Source of the DNA: Candidatus Lustribacter sp.
GTDB taxonomy: Bacteria; Vulcanimicrobiota; Vulcanimicrobiia; Vulcanimicrobiales; Vulcanimicrobiaceae
Reading direction: 5' to 3'
Assembly: GCA_965277805.1 (NCBI GenBank)
Contig: OZ255842.1
Coordinates: 2,592,001 to 2,656,000 of the forward strand
DNA: 64,000 nt
Positions 31,387 to 41,083 of the stretch are shown here, piece after piece. The translations under genes were made by a program, and so were the position numbers. The first letter of the stretch is position 1. Every line of letters starts with the position of its first letter. Under the pieces are notes generated by a model. That model made no database searches. It was not told the origin of the DNA and saw only the letters and a program-made list of their open reading frames with translations.

Positions 31387-32499
31387 CTAGGTGACGATCG
31401 TCCGGCCCGCAATCGCACCCGCCGGACCGTCCCTAAGTACGATGTGGAGCGCGAGAGCGGTTCCGGCGTGCAGTACGTCGTCGCTATCGAGGGCGATCGA
31501 CGGTGCATCTTCGACGTCCATGCCGATGCCGTGCCCGAGTCCGTAACCGCTCGCAAAGGCCAGCAAGGCGTCGTCGTTTAGCGCTGTTTGCGCCGCGGCG
31601 GCGATCGTGCTGCCGCGCGCGCCGGCGATGGCCGCAGCTTCCATCGCATCGACCGCCGCGCGGGCGCGCGACGCAAGGTGCTCGGCCCGGGCGTTCGGCG
31701 TGCCGATTGCGAACGTTTGCGCGGCTTCGCTCCAATAGCGCTGAATTTCGACGCCCAAAAACAACATAACCGTGTCGCCGTCTTCAAGCCGGCGCTCGAG
31801 CGGCGGCGCGAGCTCGTTGTGGCCGGGGCCGCCCGAAGTGAGCATCCGCACGTCTTCCGCGCCGGCCAGCCGGATCGCGCGCTCGATCTGCGCAAAGGCT
31901 TCGCTCGTTGACGCGCCGGGGCGCAACAGCGTCGCGGCCAGGGCAAACGCGGCGTCGAGAACGCGCGAGGCCTTATGCGCGACGGAGAAGTCAGCCGCGT
32001 CTTTGTTGCGGCGCAAAAGCGCGAACTCCGCATCGCGCGGCACGAACGTCACGCCGGGGACGGCGCTGCGGAGAGCATCCCACTCGCGAGCCGGAAACGT
32101 TTCTACCACCCCGATCGTTCCGATACGAGCCTTTGCAAGACCCTGCTCTTTCAGCGTTTCGGCGAGCTTCTTCGCCAGGTTCGCAAACATGCGGACGTCG
32201 GCAATCCAGGTCACCGGACGGATCGAGGGCAACGTCCGCGCGCCGCCGTTGACGAACACGACCGGCGGCGCATCGAGCGTCACCAGCACGGCGGCATCGC
32301 GGATGCGTGGAAAATAGTGCGCGACGTACGCGAGCGCTCCGCAACGCTGCGCATCCCCGTAGAAAAGCCAAGCGGAATCGCCGGCGGCTCGGATGGCCGC
32401 CTGCACGTTCTCGAGCCGTGATTGCAGCAACGCCGCCGGCACGAGGTCGGCATCCCAAAAGACCGCGCCATGCTTGATGACCGTGTGAACGGTTTGCAT
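31387..32499 (-). CDS. M24 (creatinase/aminopeptidase P fold) protein, degenerate metal site
   Basis: Creatinase-N-like region, GHGIGMDVED; TGATG-coupled to the upstream paralog. Confidence 0.8.
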   Translation of the reverse strand: MQTVHTVIKHGAVFWDADLVPAALLQSRLENVQAAIRAAGDSAWLFYGDAQRCGALAYVAHYFPRIRDAAVLVTLDAPPVVFVNGGARTLPSIRPVTWIADVRMFANLAKKLAETLKEQGLAKARIGTIGVVETFPAREWDALRSAVPGVTFVPRDAEFALLRRNKDAADFSVAHKASRVLDAAFALAATLLRPGASTSEAFAQIERAIRLAGAEDVRMLTSGGPGHNELAPPLERRLEDGDTVMLFLGVEIQRYWSEAAQTFAIGTPNARAEHLASRARAAVDAMEAAAIAGARGSTIAAAAQTALNDDALLAFASGYGLGHGIGMDVEDAPSIALDSDDVLHAGTALALHIVLRDGPAGAIAGRTIVT

Positions 32500-33641
32500 C
32501 AGACCGTGCGCCAGAAAAGCTTCGCCGGCGTCTTCGTCAGCACCCGCGGCCGCGCGTTTTCGATAACTACCGTATCGCCGAGCATTAGGTAGCCGGTGTC
32601 GGGAAAATACTGATTGGGATGGATGACGAACGTCATGCCCTCTTCGAGCGTCGGACCGCCTTCCGGGTCGAGATCGCCCGGCAGCACCGACCCTCGTCCG
32701 AGACCGTGACCGCGCGTGCGCATGTACGGCGGCCGGCAAAACTCACCGTAGCCGCAGTCCGCGATCACTTGGTTGGCGGCCTCAGCGATCGCGGAGCTGC
32801 TCTGCCCCGGTAATGCCGCCGCGAAGGCCCGGCGCTCTGCTTCGACGAGGATGTTGAAATTTTCCACGGTTTTCGGCGTCGGCTCGCCGAGGACGAACGT
32901 CCGGCATAATTGGGCGTGATAGCCGTGAAATGCGGGAGTGATTTCGCCGACGATAACGTCTCCCGCTTCGAAGCGCCGCTCGGTGGCGCTGCGCACGGCG
33001 GTGTTATGGCTTCCGCCGGCGATCAAGCCGAAATTATCGGCCGCCCCGAGCGACTTCATCGTGGCTTCCACTTCGGCCGACAACTCGTACTCCCGCATGC
33101 CCACGCGGGCAACCTCGCAGATCCTTGCAAAGCCGGCGTCGGCAATTTCCGCGGCGCGTGCAATGCGCGCGATCTCCGCCGGCGATTTCGTCGCAGCCAG
33201 GCGCGGGATAATTTCCTTTTCGTCCGTCAGCGACGCGAGCGCGGGAAACGAATCCACCGCGCGTACCGGGAGCGCATCGCCGCCGATCAGCGAGACCGGC
33301 CGCGGGGCTTGCGCGATCGATGCGGCCGCCGCATGCATCAACCCGTTTGCATTGGCCGCAACGACGTCCGCATAGGGAACGCGACGTTGGGCGCGTGGCG
33401 CATCCCATGCGGGCGTCACAAACAGCGTCGGGCGGCCGTCAAGCGGCAGCAGCAGCCAGCACGGACCGACGGCATAGAAGTCGGTGAGATAGAACAGCTC
33501 GCCCATGCGCGTCATGTCGTGCTGCGCGCTATCGTAGACGGCCAGCGTCGCGATCTTCTTCTTCGCCATCTCCGCGCGCACGCGGTCCAGCCGGCCGCGA
33601 AGTTCGGTTTCGGAAACGTGAAGCGAATCGTCGAGCAGCAT
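32499..33641 (-). CDS. M24 (creatinase/aminopeptidase P fold) protein, non-canonical ligands
   Basis: KSPAEIARI, GEITPAFHGYHAQLCRTF, RGHGLG, FVIHPNQY, LGDTVVI. Confidence 0.85.
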   Translation of the reverse strand: MLLDDSLHVSETELRGRLDRVRAEMAKKKIATLAVYDSAQHDMTRMGELFYLTDFYAVGPCWLLLPLDGRPTLFVTPAWDAPRAQRRVPYADVVAANANGLMHAAAASIAQAPRPVSLIGGDALPVRAVDSFPALASLTDEKEIIPRLAATKSPAEIARIARAAEIADAGFARICEVARVGMREYELSAEVEATMKSLGAADNFGLIAGGSHNTAVRSATERRFEAGDVIVGEITPAFHGYHAQLCRTFVLGEPTPKTVENFNILVEAERRAFAAALPGQSSSAIAEAANQVIADCGYGEFCRPPYMRTRGHGLGRGSVLPGDLDPEGGPTLEEGMTFVIHPNQYFPDTGYLMLGDTVVIENARPRVLTKTPAKLFWRTV

Positions 33642-33697
33642 AGGGCGCCGTATTCGGCACGTCCACGAGGTTTCGCCCCTGCCGCCGCTGCACTCAA

Positions 33698-34642
33698 ATG
33701 ACGATGAAGCGTTCGCAATGGTTGGCATCAAGCGCGGCGTCGGGGATCTTCGCGGGTGCGGGGCTTTCGCGAGCGGTCGCGCAGGATGCGCCCGCGCTCA
33801 GAATCGGCCTGCCCTACGCGGAGCCGAGCGGACCGGCCTACTATGCTCAGGAGCTGGGGCTCTATAAGAAGGCCGGGCTCAACGTCGAGCTCGTGCAATT
33901 GCAAAACGGAGCAGCCATCGCGGCCGCCGTGATCGGGGGCACCGTCGACATCGGCGCCTCCCAAATTCTCTCGCTAGCGGTCGCACGCTTGCGCGGCGTA
34001 CCGTTCATGATGATCGCAGCGGGCGGCTTGTGGGATGCCGCGCGCCCCAACGCGGGGTTGATCGTCGCGCCCAACTCGCAGCTCACGCGCGGGCGCGACC
34101 TCGTCGGCCGCACGGTCGGAACGACCGTGCTCGGTGGAACCGATCAGTTGGGCGTATTCGCGTACGTCGACCGCGACGGCGCGGATCACAAAGGCGTGAA
34201 GTTCGTTGAAATGCCGGCCAGCGTCATGGTCGACGCCGTCCTGCAGGGCCGCGTCGACACGGCGCACGTAACCGACCCGGCGTTCTCGGATGCGATCGCT
34301 TCCAAGCGCATCCGCATTCTGACGAATCCCTTGAGCAGCATCGCGCGGCGGTTTATCCTAACCGCCTACTTCACGAATAGCAGTTGGCTCGCTGCGAACA
34401 AACGCGCCGCGCAAGCATTTGCCGGCGTGATCAACGACGCCGGCGTGTGGGCGATGAACAATCGCGAAGCGGCGGCGCAGATGCTCGCGAAGTACATCCC
34501 GATGGCGGAGCCGCGCGTTACGTCCACATTCGGTGACAGGCTCGACCCGGCGCTCGTTCAGCCGATGTACGATCTGGGCGCCAAGTACGGTTTTCTTTCG
34601 AGCCCGGTCGACAGCAAGACGATGCTCTGGAACGGCAAGTAA
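33698..34642 (+). CDS. SsuA/THI5-like ABC substrate-binding protein
   Basis: Tat-like signal, ELGLYKKAGLNVEL, DLVGRTVG, GRVDTA. Confidence 0.85.
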   Translation: MTMKRSQWLASSAASGIFAGAGLSRAVAQDAPALRIGLPYAEPSGPAYYAQELGLYKKAGLNVELVQLQNGAAIAAAVIGGTVDIGASQILSLAVARLRGVPFMMIAAGGLWDAARPNAGLIVAPNSQLTRGRDLVGRTVGTTVLGGTDQLGVFAYVDRDGADHKGVKFVEMPASVMVDAVLQGRVDTAHVTDPAFSDAIASKRIRILTNPLSSIARRFILTAYFTNSSWLAANKRAAQAFAGVINDAGVWAMNNREAAAQMLAKYIPMAEPRVTSTFGDRLDPALVQPMYDLGAKYGFLSSPVDSKTMLWNGK

Positions 34643-34741
34643 GGACGCCTTAAGACGTTCGAAATCTGCCCTTAATTTAAGCTTTACCGCAGACTTTTAA
34701 CGTACGGCTAAGTCGGGCCTCGGCTCGAGACTTTTTGTTTT

Positions 34742-37669
34742 TTGGAGGGTTCGTTGCGCATCCGTACCTTGAGCGCGGCTTTTTTTGTCATGTGCGCGAT
34801 CGCACTGCCGCACGTCGCGATCGACGCGCAGACCAGCAAGACGATCGCAGCCGCACCCGGCGATAGCCGTCCACCGTCGCTCGGCATAAGCATCGTGATC
34901 AACCCGGGCGCCGGTGTCGGCACCTTAACGAGAGGACAGGTCGCCGGCGTCTTCAACGGCACCGTGACCAATTGGAGCCAGGTCGGCGGCGCAAACGTTC
35001 CGATCGCGGTCGTCACCCGCGGAACGGATTCGCTCGCGCAAGCGGCCTTCGATAAGGTATACCTCGGCGGTGCGAATCCGACTGCAGGCCAGGCGCAGCC
35101 AGGTACGGCTGCCGCGATCGACGCCGTGAGCGTCAACCCGGGCGGCGTAACCTTTGCGTTCGACAACGAACTCACGGGTGCCGGCGGTGTCGCCTTCGTG
35201 AGCGTGAGCGACGTACGGCAGACCGACGTGACCGGCCTCATCAACCTCGGCACGGTGGGTCAAACGACGGAAGCGGGTGCCTTCCAGATCATTGGCGGCG
35301 CAACGTCGAGCGGGCCGGCAATCGGAACAATAGCACCCACCCAGGCTGACGTTCATTCGATGGAAGCGCATTCGTTGATCACGCGGGACTTCATCGAAGA
35401 AAACGCGTCGCCGATCGCGGAATTTACGCGCATCGCGACGATCGCTCCGAGCGTCACCAACACGGGTGCGGTCAACGGACCGGGGCTCTCCGAGCAAACG
35501 CTGATCATTCGCGGCATGGCAAAAGACTTCACCAACCTCACGTTCGACGGTATCCCCGTCAGCGACACCAATGATCCGTCCTACCATTCCACCTCGTTCT
35601 TCCCGGAACTGATCGTCGGCGGCGTCGACGTCGTTCGCGGCCCCGGCTATGCGAGCAACATGGGCTATGCCACGTTCGGCGGTTCTGAAAACGTGTACAC
35701 CCTCGCGCCGTCGGAAACGAAGTCGCTTGATGCCGCCTTTTCCTACGGTTCGTGGAACACGTACATCGGCAGCCTGAGCTATCAAAGCGGCCGCCAGAAA
35801 TGGCTCGGCAACGGAACGCTGATCGCCACCTACCAGGACCTCGGCTCGCAAGGGTATCTCACCGGCAACGCGATTTGGAGCCGCAACTACTCGTTCAAGT
35901 ACGAAGTGCCGCTCGGCAGCAAGACGCTCTTGGACGCGTTCGCGACTTGGAACGATCAAGCGTTTAATGCTGCCGACGCCGGCCCCGGCGCCACGGCCTA
36001 CGAGATTCAAACCTTCGGCGCGGACTACAGCCTGAACAACAACCCGGCCAGCGGTGAATATACCGGCTATAACTTTCAAATCAAAACCACCGACCTCGGT
36101 TATTTACGCCTGCGCACCGATCTCGGCGGCGGTGCCTATCTAGACAACAAGCTCTACACCTACCGTTACGACAACGAGACGACGGCGGCCGATACGGTCG
36201 GTCTGACCTCGACAATGGCGGCAGCCGGACAGTATCCCTCGCAAGGCACGATCACGTGCATCGCGAGCCCCGCCGCATGTACGGCTCCGCTCACGCCTGG
36301 ATCGCTCGCCTCAAACGGCCTAAAGTATAACCCGACCGATATCGGCGGCTATCTCAAGCGCAACAAATACATCGCCTTCGGTGACATTCTCCAGGGCACG
36401 AAAACGTTCGGCGACAGCTTCCTGCGCGCCGGCATCTGGCTCGAACACTCCGACACGGATCGCCACCAGTACTCGGTCGATCTTACGGACGGCGCCTACA
36501 ACTACGTCAATGGTTCGAACTGCCTCTTCGGCACGGCCCTCGGCGCCGGACAGATCTCCGGTGCAGCGGCCCCGACGGTCATTGCCCCGAACTGCGCTGC
36601 GTCGGCCGCCGGTCTTCCGGCCGGTTTGAAACAATTGCCCGGTCCGAGCGCCGGCGCGCTGCTCAACGGCGTGCCCATCGGAGCCGTCAAGTTCGACCAG
36701 CAGTCGCAGATCCTCAACGCCCAACCGTTCGTCGAATTTCAGTGGGTGCTGCCCAGCGGCACCACGATCTACCCCGGCTTCAAGTGGCTGAACATCCAAC
36801 GCTACGATGACGCGGCGATTCAGAATACGTCGCGCACGCCCAACTCCACCAACAAGATCCTCTACCAAGCGGGCCTGCCGTTTCTCTCGATCAATCAGCC
36901 GATCACGAAAAATCCCGGCGCGAACACGAACAGTGCGTTCTTCTTCCAGTATGGTCGCGGCTACGAGATTCCCGATCTCGCGACATTTTACGTGGCCAAT
37001 CCCCTGCAGAACTCGCCGACACCGAACTCGACCTCAACCTATCAGGCCGGGTTCGTCGGCACGTCAAACGAATTTCTCTGGGACGTCGACTACTACACGA
37101 TCAACTTCTCCGATCTGCAGAGCGCGCTCAGTGTCGACGCAGCCGGCAATCTCTGTGCGGCGGCAGCGGCGGGTTGCAACTACACCGCGTACTTCGATGT
37201 CGGCGGCGCGAAATATCAAGGCTTCGAATTTGAAGGCACGCTGAATCTCGGCGGCGGCGCGGCGCTCTACGCAAACTTTTCGACCGACGAAGCCAAAGAG
37301 CTGACGTACAACACTCAAGTCAAGGGCGTACCCGAGATGACGGCCGCGCTGGGCCTTCTCTATAAATCGAAACATCTCGACTCGTCGCTGATCTACAAAC
37401 AGATCGGTTTCCAATACCTCAACGCGTACACGGGCCCAGCGTCCGCGGCGAACTACAATGATCCGGCCCAGCAAGTCCAGCCCTACGGTCTGCTCGATTT
37501 CGATCTGACCTGGCGGGTGGGCCGCGGAATATTCCAGTTCAACGCTTACAATGTCGGCAACTCGCAACCGTACTTGTCGGCCGTCACGACGACGCTAACG
37601 TCCGGCAGCCTGATGAACCACATTGCGCCGACGAGCATGCTGCTGAGTTACAAGCAAAAACTCTTCTAG
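34742..37669 (+). CDS. TonB-dependent receptor with N-terminal PstS-like periplasmic-binding domain
   Basis: Signal peptide; PBP-like IVINP...LTRGQVAGVFNGTVTNWSQVGG; plug (IIRG, FDGIPVSD, VDVVRGPG, FGGS); beta-barrel with YNVGN and terminal Phe. Confidence 0.85.
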   Translation: MEGSLRIRTLSAAFFVMCAIALPHVAIDAQTSKTIAAAPGDSRPPSLGISIVINPGAGVGTLTRGQVAGVFNGTVTNWSQVGGANVPIAVVTRGTDSLAQAAFDKVYLGGANPTAGQAQPGTAAAIDAVSVNPGGVTFAFDNELTGAGGVAFVSVSDVRQTDVTGLINLGTVGQTTEAGAFQIIGGATSSGPAIGTIAPTQADVHSMEAHSLITRDFIEENASPIAEFTRIATIAPSVTNTGAVNGPGLSEQTLIIRGMAKDFTNLTFDGIPVSDTNDPSYHSTSFFPELIVGGVDVVRGPGYASNMGYATFGGSENVYTLAPSETKSLDAAFSYGSWNTYIGSLSYQSGRQKWLGNGTLIATYQDLGSQGYLTGNAIWSRNYSFKYEVPLGSKTLLDAFATWNDQAFNAADAGPGATAYEIQTFGADYSLNNNPASGEYTGYNFQIKTTDLGYLRLRTDLGGGAYLDNKLYTYRYDNETTAADTVGLTSTMAAAGQYPSQGTITCIASPAACTAPLTPGSLASNGLKYNPTDIGGYLKRNKYIAFGDILQGTKTFGDSFLRAGIWLEHSDTDRHQYSVDLTDGAYNYVNGSNCLFGTALGAGQISGAAAPTVIAPNCAASAAGLPAGLKQLPGPSAGALLNGVPIGAVKFDQQSQILNAQPFVEFQWVLPSGTTIYPGFKWLNIQRYDDAAIQNTSRTPNSTNKILYQAGLPFLSINQPITKNPGANTNSAFFFQYGRGYEIPDLATFYVANPLQNSPTPNSTSTYQAGFVGTSNEFLWDVDYYTINFSDLQSALSVDAAGNLCAAAAAGCNYTAYFDVGGAKYQGFEFEGTLNLGGGAALYANFSTDEAKELTYNTQVKGVPEMTAALGLLYKSKHLDSSLIYKQIGFQYLNAYTGPASAANYNDPAQQVQPYGLLDFDLTWRVGRGIFQFNAYNVGNSQPYLSAVTTTLTSGSLMNHIAPTSMLLSYKQKLF

Positions 37670-37692
37670 CGTTTTACCGGCGCAACACCACG

Positions 37693-37731
37693 CGAGCCCG
37701 CCAGGGCTGTACCCGGCGGGCTCGTCTTTTT
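37693..37731 (+). terminator. Intrinsic terminator after the TonB-dependent receptor
   Basis: CGAGCCCGCC...GGCGGGCTCG stem followed by TCTTTTT. Confidence 0.85.
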
Positions 37732-37771
37732 GCCAAAGGATTCGCGCCCACGGGCGTCTGAGCACGGAGGC

Positions 37772-38947
37772 ATGATCAAACGTTTTCCGGCTCTGCTCGT
37801 CCTCGGGGCGCTGCTTCTCTCGCTGCGGCCGCCGGCCGAGGCCCAACCCGCTCCGCTCGAGATCAACATCATGCTCTCGATGACCGGACCCGCCGCGTTT
37901 CTCGGCAACGCCGAGTTCGCTGCCTTTCAGGCCGCGGAGAAAACCGTCAACGCGCACGGCGGCGTCAAGGGCCGGCCGATCAAGATCGTGATTTCGGACG
38001 ACGCATCGAGCCCGCAAGTGGCGCTGCAGCTCGCCAACTCGTTCATCGCCAAAGGCGTGCCGGTCTTCCTCGGATCCCCGTTCGCATCGGCCTGCGGCTC
38101 GTTTCTTGCGATCGTCGCGAAAAATGGTCCGGTGAATTTCTGTCTGTCGCCACCGGTCAGCGCGCCGCCCGGAAGCTACGTCTTCACGGCCGGCGCCAGC
38201 GCCGCCGATCTCACCGTGGCGCTGATCCGGTACTTCCGCGAGAAGGGCATGACGCGCTTCGCGATCATCTCGACCACCGACGCCACCGGTCACGCGTTTG
38301 AGGCCGGTTATCTGACCATCCTCGGGCGGCCGGAAAACAAGAAGCTTCAAATCGTCGCAAACGAGCACTACAACCCGACCGACCTCAGCACGTCGGCGCA
38401 GATCGCGCACATCAAGGCGGCCGATCCGCAAGTGCTGCTGACCGGCACGGTCGGCACGCCGATGGGCACGATCTTGCGCGGCGTGCAAGACGTCGGCCTC
38501 GATATCCCGATCGTCGCCGTCAACGGCAACATGCTCTATCAGGAGATGGATCAGTTCGCCGCGATCATTCCGAAGGAACTGGATTTCCCGTCGTACCGCG
38601 CCATGATCGAAGGCGACGTGCGGCCCGGCCCGATCCGCGACGCGCAAAAAGTCTTCTTCAGCGCGCTCAAGGGCGCAAACTTGAAACCCGACGCCGCATC
38701 GGTGACGGGTTGGGATCCGCTGATGATCGTGTTGAGCGCCTACGCGCATCTCGGTATGAACCCGACGGCGGCGCAAATCCACGATTACATCGAGAACCTG
38801 CACGGGTTTGCCGGCGTGAACGGTCTGTATGATTTCCGCGACGGCGGTCAGCGCGGGATCGGCGCGCAAGTCATCGTCGTCGATCGCTGGGATCCCAAGG
38901 CCAAGACGTTCATCGTCTTGAGTAAGCCGGGCGGCTCGCCAAAGTAA
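37772..38947 (+). CDS. LivJ-like (branched-chain amino acid/aromatic acid) ABC substrate-binding protein
   Basis: GGAGG RBS; SMTGPAAFLG, NAHGGVKGRPIKIVISDDASSP. Confidence 0.88.
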   Translation: MIKRFPALLVLGALLLSLRPPAEAQPAPLEINIMLSMTGPAAFLGNAEFAAFQAAEKTVNAHGGVKGRPIKIVISDDASSPQVALQLANSFIAKGVPVFLGSPFASACGSFLAIVAKNGPVNFCLSPPVSAPPGSYVFTAGASAADLTVALIRYFREKGMTRFAIISTTDATGHAFEAGYLTILGRPENKKLQIVANEHYNPTDLSTSAQIAHIKAADPQVLLTGTVGTPMGTILRGVQDVGLDIPIVAVNGNMLYQEMDQFAAIIPKELDFPSYRAMIEGDVRPGPIRDAQKVFFSALKGANLKPDAASVTGWDPLMIVLSAYAHLGMNPTAAQIHDYIENLHGFAGVNGLYDFRDGGQRGIGAQVIVVDRWDPKAKTFIVLSKPGGSPK

Positions 38948-38972
38948 AGCTTTAGCGTTGCACGCCAGCAAG

Positions 38973-39791
38973 ATGCGCCGATTTATGCCGCTTCCGGTTT
39001 TTCTATTTGCCGCCGCAATCGGCGCCGCACCCGTAAGCGCGGACACACCGGACTTCGCGCCGGCAAGTCCGCCGAGCGCGTGCTCGACGCAAAATCCGGC
39101 ATTCACCACCGACGATCTCAGCGGCGTCGCCTCGCCGTGCGTCGTGACGCCGGGATCGCTGCTGATCGAAACGCTCTATTACCAAAACGCATCGCGCATC
39201 GGCGGCACGGCGCTAGCCGCATATCCGCTCTTCCGTCTGCGCAGCGGCATCGTGCGCCGCGTCGAGCTGGTCGTCGATCTGCCCTCGCAAATCGCCGAGT
39301 CGGGCCTCAACGGTGCAGGTCTCTATCCGCGCACGCAGATGGGTTACGGGTTGAATTACACGGCCATTGCTAACGCGCGCTTGGCGGCAGCGTTCGGGGC
39401 CGAAGTCATGCCGCCGAGCTCGCGCTTTACCGTCAACGAAGCGCAGCCTCGGTACGTGATCGATTTCACGGTGGGCTACCATCTGCTGCCCCACGCAACG
39501 CTCTCGGCGATTGCCAGCGGCTCGTCCTCACGTCAAGTCGGCTTCAACCAAGTCTTCCCGGCAGCAGCCGTACGCATGGCCTACGATTCGAGCGTCGCGA
39601 CGCAGTTCTCGACCGATGTCGGGGCGCGCGTCGTTACACGACATTCCGTCGCGCAAGCGTACGGCGACATCGCGGTCAGCGAACGGCTGCGCAAGAACTG
39701 CACCTTCGCCGTCGGCCTCGGCACGACGTTCAACCCGGTGTCGAACGCCAAGGCGCACTATCTCGCGAGCGGCTTAAACTTCCACCTTTAA
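38973..39791 (+). CDS. Putative outer-membrane beta-barrel (COG4313/MetA-pathway transporter-like)
   Basis: Signal peptide, SPCVVTPGSLLIET, amphipathic strands, ends GLNFHL. Confidence 0.55.
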   Translation: MRRFMPLPVFLFAAAIGAAPVSADTPDFAPASPPSACSTQNPAFTTDDLSGVASPCVVTPGSLLIETLYYQNASRIGGTALAAYPLFRLRSGIVRRVELVVDLPSQIAESGLNGAGLYPRTQMGYGLNYTAIANARLAAAFGAEVMPPSSRFTVNEAQPRYVIDFTVGYHLLPHATLSAIASGSSSRQVGFNQVFPAAAVRMAYDSSVATQFSTDVGARVVTRHSVAQAYGDIAVSERLRKNCTFAVGLGTTFNPVSNAKAHYLASGLNFHL

Positions 39792-41039
39792 CTGTTCGTC
39801 GTAGGCGGCGGGCATTGCGACTTGGCGTGAGAGCAGAATCTCGCGGCGCTCGCGCGCAGACTCGATCAGCGCCACCACAACTTCGAGCGTCGCGCGGCCC
39901 CACACGCCGTCGTGGAAGAGCGGCCGGCCGTTGACGACGCTGTCGTAGAGTTCGCCGAGGATCGAGAGCGTCAGGCCGCCGGAGGGATCGGCTTCGGGGC
40001 GCTGCAGGTCGCGTAGATCGAGTTCTTCGCGGCCGCGATCGCTATAAACGATGATCCCGTTCTCCGCGCTGCGCATCATGCCGCGCTCGCAGCTCACCTC
40101 GACCGGTCCGAGGTCGAACGGCTTCCATCCCTGACGGCCGGCGTGTTTCTTTTTCGTCGGATCGCGGCGCCCGCCGATACGCCAGTCGGCTTTCTCGCCG
40201 TCTTCGTCGCGCGTGCCGGAGAGCAAGTCGCGGCGCATGCGCGCGCGATCGGCATCGCTGAATCGCTCGTCCGCCGCGACCCACGGATACAATTCGGACA
40301 TCACGAAGTAGCCGTAGCCGTTGTGCATGATCGTGGCCGGCGTGCCGTCCTCGAACTCGAGAAACGCGGTGTAGTATCCCGGCACGGGCCGCGCTTCGAG
40401 CCAGCGCCCGGTTTGCGCGCGCACGCTGCGCACCAGACCGCCGCCGAGCAACCGGATCGTATCGATTTGATGCGGACCCTGACGGAACACGATGCCGCCG
40501 CCTTGTTCGGGATCGAGTTCGTCGGCCGTGCGCGGCCGGATGAGCCAATCGGTATACGCCCAGATATGGATCGCGGTCACCGCGCCGAGCGCGCCGCCGA
40601 GCGCGATCCGCCGCATCGCGCGATTCCAGATCGAGAGGCTGCGCGTGTGGCCGCAGGCAAGGCGCACGCCGTATTTCTCTGCGGTCTCGACCATGCGGTC
40701 CGCCTCGGCCAAATCGACCGCCATCGGCTTCTCGACGACGACGTGCTTGCCGTGGCGCATGGCCTCGATCGCGTGCTCGCAATGAAAGCGATTCGGCGTC
40801 GCGACCCACACCGCATCGACGTCATCGGCGGCGCACATCTCCGCTACCGTCGCGTACGTCTTCGTGCCGGGATAGGCGGCCTCGAAGCCGGCCCGCATCG
40901 CCGGGTTCATGTCGGCCCCGGCCACGAGCGCGTACTCCGGCATCACGTCGATGGCGGGCATCGTGCTCGCCGCTCCTTGACCCAGGCCTGCCATCCCCAT
41001 TCGCAACTGTCGCACGCGGCAATCTCCTTCGCCGGGCAC
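39774..41039 (-). CDS. Gfo/Idh/MocA oxidoreductase, phthalate cis-dihydrodiol dehydrogenase-like
   Basis: GMAGLG, VATPNRFH, VEKPMA, YTDWLIRPRTADELDPEQGGGIVFRQGPHQID. Confidence 0.85.
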   Translation of the reverse strand: MPGEGDCRVRQLRMGMAGLGQGAASTMPAIDVMPEYALVAGADMNPAMRAGFEAAYPGTKTYATVAEMCAADDVDAVWVATPNRFHCEHAIEAMRHGKHVVVEKPMAVDLAEADRMVETAEKYGVRLACGHTRSLSIWNRAMRRIALGGALGAVTAIHIWAYTDWLIRPRTADELDPEQGGGIVFRQGPHQIDTIRLLGGGLVRSVRAQTGRWLEARPVPGYYTAFLEFEDGTPATIMHNGYGYFVMSELYPWVAADERFSDADRARMRRDLLSGTRDEDGEKADWRIGGRRDPTKKKHAGRQGWKPFDLGPVEVSCERGMMRSAENGIIVYSDRGREELDLRDLQRPEADPSGGLTLSILGELYDSVVNGRPLFHDGVWGRATLEVVVALIESARERREILLSRQVAMPAAYDEQLKVEV

Positions 41040-41083
41040 CGTAAACCTTGGACAAACGCACCCGGCCGCGCTAGACTCGAATC

